A stretch of DNA of 64,000 nucleotides, taken from positions 129,814-193,813 of the forward strand of contig CAZTIP010000001.1 of assembly GCA_964613185.1 (NCBI GenBank), read 5' to 3'. The notes under the pieces are model-generated. The model made no database searches. It was not told the DNA's origin and worked only from the letters and a program-made list of their open reading frames with translations. Position numbers and translations under genes: made by a program. Of the stretch, positions 56,961 through 64,000 are shown piece after piece; positions within the stretch are counted from its first letter, which is position 1, and every line of letters starts with the position of its first letter. This DNA is from Candidatus Woesearchaeota archaeon. Lineage in GTDB: Archaea; Nanobdellota; Nanobdellia; Pacearchaeales; GW2011-AR1.

Positions 56961-57455
56961 TTAAAATCCTTTCTTCATAGGAAAAACCCAATCCTTAAAA
57001 TAAGCAATTTTTGATTTAAGTGATCCGTAAGAATTTTCGATACCGTCGGAAAAGGAATCTACAATTAAATCATTAGAAACATAACCTTCATTTTTTGCCC
57101 TTTCAAAAAGCATGAGAAATCTTGAAGCATGAAGAGTGTCTGTAAAGATATTAACCCTCTCAACTCCAAGATTATTTATTTCTTCACAAACATACAAAAC
57201 ATTTTCCATAGTATTTGTAGAAGAACTTTCAAGTAAAATATCTTTTTTTGGGACACCTTCCTTTCGAAGAGTTCTATAAATTTTATCGACCTGCGAACCT
57301 AAAAATCTTTCACCTTCAAAACTCCCACTAATAAAAACTACTCCAAAAGAATCTTTTTGGAGATATTCTTTCGCACCAGCAACTGCCCTCTGAATTCCAA
57401 GTTCGTAAGTTGGACCTGTTGGAACAACAAGTGCTTCCAGGTTTTCAGGGTACAT
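56961..57455 (-). CDS. DUF218/YdcF-like protein
   Basis: About 160 aa. VFISGS...TNTMENV...IFTDTLHASR layout resembles the YdcF/SanA-type Rossmann-like domain. Weak call. Confidence 0.35.
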   Translation of the reverse strand: MYPENLEALVVPTGPTYELGIQRAVAGAKEYLQKDSFGVVFISGSFEGERFLGSQVDKIYRTLRKEGVPKKDILLESSSTNTMENVLYVCEEINNLGVERVNIFTDTLHASRFLMLFERAKNEGYVSNDLIVDSFSDGIENSYGSLKSKIAYFKDWVFPMKKGF

Positions 57456-57531
57456 TTACAAAACAAAACCTCTTAAGGATTTATTCTTCATAAAAATATT
57501 CAATAAAAACCCTATAAAAATCTTTGGGAAT

Positions 57532-60096
57532 TCATTTTCTAAAAAGTTTCCAAGATTCAAAGAATAACAAACCACTCAACCCTGAAAGGATACTTATTTT
57601 AAGTTGTTCAAGATTTAAACTAACAAATCCAAATACCGTTCCTAGAGATGTATAAATTGCTAAAAAATGCAAACCTCCAGAAACTAAAACTGCCAAGATT
57701 AAAAATTTATTATTTAAGATTCCTGTTTTAAACAAACTACTTTCAGATTTACAGGAAAAAACAAAAAATAATTCAAAGAAAATTGCAGTAGTGATTGCCA
57801 TTGTTCGTGCAATTTCAACCCCATAGTTTTTAAACCCATAATTAAAAACAAAAAGGGAAGAAATAATCATCAACATTCCTGCAAAAATAATCCATTTCCA
57901 AATTCCCGAAAGAATTCCATCTCCACGAGGTTTTCTTTTCATAACATTTTTTTCTGCAGGTTCTACAGCAAGAGCTAATGCTGGAAGGGAGTCGGTGACT
58001 AAATTCATCCACAAAATTGCAAGAGGTAAAAAGGGTAATGGGAATCCAAGAATTAAAGCAATCAAAACAACAAAAACTTCTCCAAAATTTGCAGCCAATA
58101 AAAATTTAATCGATTTTTTTAAGTTATCAAAAACCCGTCTACCCTGTTTGACCCCACTAATAATCGAAGAGAAATTATCATCAAGTAAAACAATATCTGA
58201 AGAATCTCTAGCAACATCACTTCCTCGAAGACCCATAGAAATTCCAATATCTGCTTTTTTTAATGCAAGAATATCATTGACACCATCTCCAGTAACTGCA
58301 ACAGTTTCATTTTGTTTTTTCAAAATTTGAACAATTTTTAATTTTTGTTGAGGCGTAGTTCTAGCAAAAATAGTTTTAGTTCGAACAGTTTCATCCCATT
58401 TTTCATCAGGCAATTCATTAAGCTCAGAACCTTCGATAGTTTTCCCCTCCAAACCAATTTTTTTAGCAATAGATTCTGTAGTGAGTGCAGAATCTCCAGT
58501 AATAATTTTAACTGAAATTCCGGCATTGATTGCATCAAGAACAGCAGCCTTAACTTCCTTACGTGGAGGGTCTATCATTCCAACAAATCCTGAAAATATC
58601 AAACGGCTTTCAGAATTCTCTTGATTAATTTCAGAAGAAACTTGTTTAAATCCAAAACCAAGAACCCTCAATCCTTCATTTTGCATATTTCTAGAAATTT
58701 TAATTAATTCATTTTTTCTTTTAGGAGTTAATAATTTTATTTTTCCATTAACAAATTCTTTAGTACATTTACCTAAGACATTTAGTGGAGCACCCTTAAC
58801 ATAACTTGTAAAAATTCCATTTTTTTCACGAACAATAGTCATCAATTTTCTTTCAGAACTAAATGGATATTCCACAAAACGGGGATTATTTTCAGTAATA
58901 ATTTTTTTATCGAGACCAATTTTTTCAGCGATTTTTACGAGTGAAGTCTCTGTAGGGTCTCCAAGAATTGAATCCTTTTCACTACGGGCATTGTTACAAA
59001 GGATTCCAATTTCAAGAGTTCGTTTAATTGAACCACTAAATTTCTTCAACCCTTCAATAGAAAATAATTTTCCAGAATAGATTTTATCGACGACAAGTTC
59101 TTCTTCTGTTAAAGTTCCAGTTTTATCTGTACAAATCACCGTAGATCTTCCCAAGGTTTCAACTGCAGGAAGTTTTCTAACTAAAGTATTAGTTTTATAC
59201 ATTTTTTTAATAGCAACTGCCAAAGTTATTGCAATAATTGCGGGAAGTCCCTCCGGAATTGCACCAATTGCAAGACTAACAGAAACAAGAAACATTTCCA
59301 CAGTTTCAATTCCAATAAAAATTCCAATAAGGAAAACTAAGAGAACAAATAAAAGTATGGCAATAGATATATTTTTTGAAAAGATATCTAGTTTTTTTTC
59401 CAAAGGCATTTTTTCATCTTTAGTAATCTGAACAAGTTCTGCTAATTTTCCAAATTCAGTATCTGTGCCAGTATTTACTACAATTGCAGTAGATTTTCCC
59501 CGAACAATTGAAGTTCCTGCATAAAGCATATTTGTTCTTTCAGCCAAGACTACATTTTCATTCAAAACTCTTTCATCCTTATCCACAGGAAAACTTTCTC
59601 CTGTTAAAATTGCTTCATTAACTTTCAAACCATTACTCTCAAGAACTCTACAATCTGCTAAAATTTTATCCCCATTATTCAAAATGACAATATCTCCGGG
59701 AACAAGAAATTTTGAATCAATTTCCTTCTGAATGCCATCTCTAAAAACTAAAACTTTATATCTTAAACTTTTTCTAAGTTTTTCAATAATCTCCTCAGCC
59801 TTATATTCCTGAAAAAATCCAATTCCAGAATTTAAAAAGACAATCAACATAATAACTCCTGCATCCAAAAAATGACCAATCAAAATGGAAACAACAGAGG
59901 CTAAAACAAGGATTAAGACAAGCAAAGACTTAAATTGACTAATAAAAATTCCAAATTTACTCCGCGATTTATATTTTCTTAAAACGTTTTTACCATATTT
60001 TCCAAACCTTTTCTGAACTTCAGATTCGTCCAAACCATTTAGAGAACTTTTCAAATTTTTAATGACCTCCTTAGGAGTTTGAGCATACCAATTCAT
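57532..60096 (-). CDS. P-type cation-transporting ATPase (type II, Ca2+-ATPase-like)
   Basis: TGES, CTDKTGTLT, AIPEGLP (TM4), TGDGVNDILALKKADIGISMG. Confidence 0.9.
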   Translation of the reverse strand: MNWYAQTPKEVIKNLKSSLNGLDESEVQKRFGKYGKNVLRKYKSRSKFGIFISQFKSLLVLILVLASVVSILIGHFLDAGVIMLIVFLNSGIGFFQEYKAEEIIEKLRKSLRYKVLVFRDGIQKEIDSKFLVPGDIVILNNGDKILADCRVLESNGLKVNEAILTGESFPVDKDERVLNENVVLAERTNMLYAGTSIVRGKSTAIVVNTGTDTEFGKLAELVQITKDEKMPLEKKLDIFSKNISIAILLFVLLVFLIGIFIGIETVEMFLVSVSLAIGAIPEGLPAIIAITLAVAIKKMYKTNTLVRKLPAVETLGRSTVICTDKTGTLTEEELVVDKIYSGKLFSIEGLKKFSGSIKRTLEIGILCNNARSEKDSILGDPTETSLVKIAEKIGLDKKIITENNPRFVEYPFSSERKLMTIVREKNGIFTSYVKGAPLNVLGKCTKEFVNGKIKLLTPKRKNELIKISRNMQNEGLRVLGFGFKQVSSEINQENSESRLIFSGFVGMIDPPRKEVKAAVLDAINAGISVKIITGDSALTTESIAKKIGLEGKTIEGSELNELPDEKWDETVRTKTIFARTTPQQKLKIVQILKKQNETVAVTGDGVNDILALKKADIGISMGLRGSDVARDSSDIVLLDDNFSSIISGVKQGRRVFDNLKKSIKFLLAANFGEVFVVLIALILGFPLPFLPLAILWMNLVTDSLPALALAVEPAEKNVMKRKPRGDGILSGIWKWIIFAGMLMIISSLFVFNYGFKNYGVEIARTMAITTAIFFELFFVFSCKSESSLFKTGILNNKFLILAVLVSGGLHFLAIYTSLGTVFGFVSLNLEQLKISILSGLSGLLFFESWKLFRK

Positions 60097-60130
60097 AACT
60101 AAAAAAGGTATCCTAGAATTATAAACTTAC

Positions 60131-60991
60131 CTAAACACCTTCAGTAACTTTCTCACCAACTTGAACACTTTCTTCAGATTCTCCACTCATTTCCTTTTTA
60201 GCCTCTTCATCTGCCTTTTCAGCCAAAGCACGCATTTTTTCTTCAATAGCGCCTTCACCAGTTTTCAATTCTTGTTCTTTCTTTTCTCTAGCAAGTCTTT
60301 TTTTACGAGGTTCTTCTAAAATTAATTCTTCTCCTACAAATTCTTCAAGACTCGGAAGCTCTTTTTCAATTTTATGTTCTTTCATATATTCTCGAGCCAT
60401 CAACCAGAAGAACAATCCAAGAGATTTATTAGATTTATTATTTCCAATCATTACAATATCGATATCTGAAGTGTGGTTATTCGTATCACAAAAGCCAGCA
60501 ACTGGAATTCGAATATTTCTCGCATCAAGTAAAGCATTTTTATCTAACCAAGGGTCACAAATAACCAGCATTTTAGTTTCAATAAAATTATCTAACAAGG
60601 TATTTGTTAAAACTCCTGTAGGGTATTTTTTAGTAAATAATCTAACTCCTGTTAATTCAGAGAACATTTTAGCGGCTCTCCAGCCAGCTTCCCTTTTACA
60701 AACAAGAGTCCAATCCTTAGGTTTAAATTGTTTAATAAATTCAATTCCTTCCATTAATTTCTTGTCAACTATTAAAGTATTCAAAATAGCAAGGCCGTCC
60801 AACCTTCTTCGGTAAACATATTTTCTCATTGTAGGAGTGATTACCTTAGTTCCTAAATAAGAAGCAGTTTTAATATAATCTTCAAGAGGGGTTAAGATAG
60901 TTTGGTCCTCTTTTTTAAAGTCATAACTTTCAACATTTTTAGGCACACCTAAATTAGAAACTTTAACCTTTTCATTTTCGGATTTTTCCAT
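60131..60991 (-). CDS. rps2: 30S ribosomal protein S2 (uS2) with Glu/Lys-rich C-terminal extension
   Basis: YVYRRRLDGLAILNT, LVICDPWLDKNALLDARNIRIPVAGFCDTN. rpoK-eno-rps2 order. Confidence 0.85.
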   Translation of the reverse strand: MEKSENEKVKVSNLGVPKNVESYDFKKEDQTILTPLEDYIKTASYLGTKVITPTMRKYVYRRRLDGLAILNTLIVDKKLMEGIEFIKQFKPKDWTLVCKREAGWRAAKMFSELTGVRLFTKKYPTGVLTNTLLDNFIETKMLVICDPWLDKNALLDARNIRIPVAGFCDTNNHTSDIDIVMIGNNKSNKSLGLFFWLMAREYMKEHKIEKELPSLEEFVGEELILEEPRKKRLAREKKEQELKTGEGAIEEKMRALAEKADEEAKKEMSGESEESVQVGEKVTEGV

Positions 60992-61129
60992 TTTAATAGT
61001 TTATAATTCCGTACAGGAGTTAAAAGAATTTCCGAAGAAAATCTTAATGAACAATCTCATTTTGCTACTACCATTTAACTGGCCCCGCACCTGAAACGTA
61101 AAAAGAAAGGGGATTTTCAGTTTATAAAT

Positions 61130-61423
61130 CTATGCGAGATAATGCCAAATAAAAAAACCAAAAATAATGGCAGATGAAATAATAATTGTCCAAAATATTT
61201 TTTTTGCAGAATTTAAAACATTAACAACTTCGTCATTCCTAGAAAAAACAATTGAAAAAATCCAAAACAAAATTAATGAAATAATTCCTTTTCCAACCCA
61301 ATGATGTCCAGTAAATGCCAATAACTTTTTGAATCCGGAAGAAAGTTCTCCTCCAATCGTCATTAAAACAATTGAAATAGAAGTCCAAATAACAGATTTT
61401 TCCAAGGTTTTTATATTTTTCAT
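61130..61423 (-). CDS. Small membrane protein (3 TM), hypothetical
   Basis: Hydrophobic ORF. The start overlaps the upstream stop (ATGA). Confidence 0.4.
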   Translation of the reverse strand: MKNIKTLEKSVIWTSISIVLMTIGGELSSGFKKLLAFTGHHWVGKGIISLILFWIFSIVFSRNDEVVNVLNSAKKIFWTIIISSAIIFGFFIWHYLA

Positions 61424-61896
61424 AAAGTTCCTCCAATCGCAGAATCAAAACCAGAAGAGATAATGTATCCAAATATAATCATAAGAATGCCTATAAAAAT
61501 ACTAATTCCCAAGAGTAAGAGAATAGCTTTTTGAGCATCTACACCTTTCAAAGTTCCAAGGATATTTTTATATTTTCTAATAAAAAAGAAACTGGCTAAT
61601 GAGGCAAAAGGTAAAAACAAAAATAAATGTTCTTTAGTTTCCATGATAATACTATGTGCCCACGGACGAGGACCTTCCTTAATCACAGGCTTAATCTCAG
61701 AACCATAAACATTTACATAATAATAACCTCCTAAAATCCAGGATAAAAAAAACAGGAAAATTCCGACAACAACAAGTTTCTTAACAAAATCAACTTTCTG
61801 AGGGGTTATTTTTCTCATCTCAATAAATGCCCAGATAAACAAAAAGATTCCAATTTCTCCAACTAATGCATGTAATCCAATCAACGAATTTGCCAT
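61420..61896 (-). CDS. Membrane protein (4-5 TM), hypothetical
   Basis: Hydrophobic ORF downstream of enolase. Confidence 0.4.
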   Translation of the reverse strand: MANSLIGLHALVGEIGIFLFIWAFIEMRKITPQKVDFVKKLVVVGIFLFFLSWILGGYYYVNVYGSEIKPVIKEGPRPWAHSIIMETKEHLFLFLPFASLASFFFIRKYKNILGTLKGVDAQKAILLLLGISIFIGILMIIFGYIISSGFDSAIGGTL

Positions 61897-61910
61897 TTTA
61901 TTTTTAGTCC

Positions 61911-63113
61911 CTAATAAACAAGGGATTTCTCAATATCTACAATTCTTTTTAGTTTAATTAATCTTTCTTTTCCAATAATTCCAGTTTTAATAAAATCTCC
62001 CCCAAATCCTACGCAATAATCTGCTAAAATATCGTCCATAGTTTCTCCAGAGCGGTGAGAAAAAATCAATTTAATATCATGTTTTTTACAAAATTTAACA
62101 ACATCCCTAACCTGAATAAGAGATCCAATCTGATTAGGTTTTATAATCATAGAATTAATGGATTTAGAATTAACTGCACGTCTAACTAATCGAAGATTTG
62201 TAGTCGTTAAATCGTCTCCAACAATTAAAACATTTTTATTAACCGTTCCCAAAATTTCTTTAAATCCAGAAAAATCTTCTTCCTGCATTCCATCTTCCAC
62301 GTAAAAAATTTCAAAGCGTTTAATCAACCTTTCAATATAATCTGCCTGGTCAATTTTATCTCGAATTAATTCTTTATTTTTATAATAGTAATACCCTTTT
62401 TTATAAAAGGTAGAAGATGCAACATCAAGACCAATTCTAACCTTAAATTTTTTACCAACTTTTTTCAAAATTTCCAAAACTTCCTCATTACTTTTTTCAG
62501 TTCTCCAAGCATTCTCATCATTTTTTCCATGGCTTTTAAGTTGTTCTTTAGCGAAATGATACGCCCTCAAATTAATTGTAATCGCTTTAGAAAATGTTTT
62601 TTCTTTAGGAATAAGTAAGAATTCTTGAAAATCGGGACGTTTATTTTTAACAAGTTTGGAATGTAATCCTCCGCCAATACAATTTCCCACTGGCATTGGC
62701 ATTTTGGGTTTCCTTCCATTATTAACGTCGTCATTAATTAATTCCCAAACTTCACGATTAGTATCTGCAGCAGCAGCTTTCAAAAAAACACTCTCCAAAG
62801 CATAAGTTACATTTCCACCAAGATCTCCATAACGTCCTTCAAATCGTTTAATCAAAGAGACAAGTTTTTTTAATCCATCAATATCTTTTATTATAAAATT
62901 TTTATGTTTCAGTAATCTGCAAAATCTTTTCAATAAAGAAAAACTCTTCAAAATCCCCTTAACATTATAAGATTCTACTTCGTTCTTTCCTTTAGATTTT
63001 CCCGACGGAGCAGAAGAAATAAAACGACCTTCATAGGTTTCCAATTTAAGACCAATAGTTTTTTCACCTCTTGAATTTTTTATAATGCTTGGCACAATTT
63101 CTTTAACAAACAT
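61911..63113 (-). CDS. eno: Enolase (short, divergent form)
   Basis: SRGEKTIGLKL, PSGKSKGKNE, DDLTTTN, SHRSGET, IKTG...ERLIKLKRIVDIE. Confidence 0.85.
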   Translation of the reverse strand: MFVKEIVPSIIKNSRGEKTIGLKLETYEGRFISSAPSGKSKGKNEVESYNVKGILKSFSLLKRFCRLLKHKNFIIKDIDGLKKLVSLIKRFEGRYGDLGGNVTYALESVFLKAAAADTNREVWELINDDVNNGRKPKMPMPVGNCIGGGLHSKLVKNKRPDFQEFLLIPKEKTFSKAITINLRAYHFAKEQLKSHGKNDENAWRTEKSNEEVLEILKKVGKKFKVRIGLDVASSTFYKKGYYYYKNKELIRDKIDQADYIERLIKRFEIFYVEDGMQEEDFSGFKEILGTVNKNVLIVGDDLTTTNLRLVRRAVNSKSINSMIIKPNQIGSLIQVRDVVKFCKKHDIKLIFSHRSGETMDDILADYCVGFGGDFIKTGIIGKERLIKLKRIVDIEKSLVY

Positions 63114-63148
63114 AAATATTAAATAAAAAGAACATTAATAAATCTTAT

Positions 63149-63544
63149 CTAAGCTTCAATTTCCTGAGAAGGTTTTTCAGGAGAAAGAGATTCATCTTGA
63201 GAATTTTCTTCTTCGCTAGAGAGTTTCATAATTTCCCCGCTTTCTGCAATTGCTTTTTCTTCTTCAAGTTCAACTTTTTCTTTTTCTGCATCAGTAATTT
63301 TACTTTCCTCAATCTTAACCTTTTCAATATCCTCTTCTCTTCTTTGAGGCATTGGTTTATTCACAGAAATTGGAAGAACTCCCGAATCTAATTCCTTTTC
63401 AGCAATTTTCAAGGGATCATAATTAATTTCTTCTAAAGATTTTTCATCCATTTCAAGTAAAAGTGGGGCATCCATAGAAACTTGCAAACCTCGAGCACCT
63501 ATAATTCTCGCTCTTTCATATTTTGAAAATTCTTTTTTTTCCAT
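63149..63544 (-). CDS. rpoK: DNA-directed RNA polymerase subunit K (Rpo6) with acidic C-terminal extension
   Basis: KYERARIIGARGLQVSMDAPLL core, followed by ~60 aa of Glu/Lys-rich sequence. Confidence 0.85.
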   Translation of the reverse strand: MEKKEFSKYERARIIGARGLQVSMDAPLLLEMDEKSLEEINYDPLKIAEKELDSGVLPISVNKPMPQRREEDIEKVKIEESKITDAEKEKVELEEEKAIAESGEIMKLSSEEENSQDESLSPEKPSQEIEA

Positions 63545-63552
63545 TATATTAT

Positions 63553-64000
63553 TTATTCGAAAACATGTTTTTTAACAACAGGGAAAAGTTCTTTCCAAGT
63601 ATTTGAGGCAAGATCAAGAATAGTTTCCATATCTTCATCAGTAATAACTCCTTCGCCACCTTTTTGCATTGCAGTGATCCTCGGTTCACCATTATTATCC
63701 CCCATAGCGATAGTTAACCTGAAATCTGAAATTGCTTCCTCTTCTTCAGTAACATCTGCAACAATTGTATCCCCAAGTTTATGGAAAGTCATACTAAAAG
63801 AAAGGGCATCCTTGTTTAACGGCAAAGAATCCTTAGTCAATTCAAAATCAATCTTATCTTCTTTTTCATTATAAATTGGCATTTTAGCATTTCCTAAAGC
63901 GATAATTGCACCAAGACCCGCAGCATCAAACATATTTCCATCATCATTAAGAGCAACGATATCCACGAATACTTGCCAAACCTTTTCACCTTCAGAGATG
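63553..64000 (-). CDS. rrp42: Exosome RNase PH-domain subunit (Rrp42-like), C-terminal part; the gene continues beyond the window
   Basis: DIVALNDDGNMFDAAGLGAIIALGNAKMP ... ITAMQKGGEGVIT. The frame stays open to the window end. Confidence 0.6.
   Translation of the reverse strand, partial: ISEGEKVWQVFVDIVALNDDGNMFDAAGLGAIIALGNAKMPIYNEKEDKIDFELTKDSLPLNKDALSFSMTFHKLGDTIVADVTEEEEAISDFRLTIAMGDNNGEPRITAMQKGGEGVITDEDMETILDLASNTWKELFPVVKKHVFE

Noticed and set aside
61030-61112. GC-rich patch (ggccccgcacctgaaacg) upstream of rps2. On the minus strand it begins like a tRNA (GCGGGGC, D-arm-like GTTA..TAGC).
   Set aside because: The anticodon loop would lack U33. There is no T-arm (GTTCRA) and no complementary acceptor 3' strand. 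It is not a tRNA, and any function as a leader element is untested.
1-64000. Looked for CRISPR arrays, transposases or integrases, toxin-antitoxin pairs, and diversity-generating retroelement parts (RT, TR/VR repeats) near the variable surface genes
   Set aside because: I found no direct-repeat/spacer arrays and no RT, transposase or integrase motifs in any ORF. The only nuclease-like small gene is a GIY-YIG (50704..50949) with no flanking repeats.

Overview
AT-rich (about 30% GC by eye) archaeal chromosome segment. The gene content fits a reduced-genome DPANN-type archaeon (Woese-/Pacearchaeota-like): archaeal ribosomal proteins (L37ae, L40e, L1, L11, P0, P1, S2), RpoK/RpoP, Spt5, SecE, aIF5A, PCNA, a single-chain primase, FtsZ+SepF, prefoldin beta and an exosome subunit. 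RNA genes are a 16S-tRNAAla-23S operon (minus strand, no 5S), RNase P RNA and tRNAs Phe, Pro and Ser. Metabolic genes are sparse: form III RuBisCO, AMP phosphorylase, enolase, acylphosphatase, CysRS, LysRS, ApbE, a P-type ATPase and two PPIases. About half of the roughly 34 CDS in the first 34 kb encode exported or anchored proteins. These include a Cys-free S-layer-like protein with a long leader, and an archaeosortase-like gene next to a PGF-type C-terminal-signal substrate. There are also two anchored proteins with CC-ending cysteine-knot stalks, one carrying an alpha/alpha-toroid-like domain. The most unusual locus is 15.7-26.9 kb. It holds two copies of a cassette, each a class-III (prepilin) signal protein of about 246 aa next to a cysteine-rich secreted protein of 1100-1200 aa. 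The two giants lie in opposite orientation, and a small Cys-tailed peptide gene lies between the copies. A translationally coupled operon of four more prepilin-like proteins follows. No assembly ATPase, platform protein or prepilin peptidase is present in the window. I cannot assign these proteins to any family I recognise, and I propose the locus as a candidate undescribed surface or host-attachment apparatus. Nearly every gene has a TTTATAAA box 22-24 nt upstream of its ATG, which implies leaderless mRNAs. No CRISPR array, transposase or reverse transcriptase was seen.
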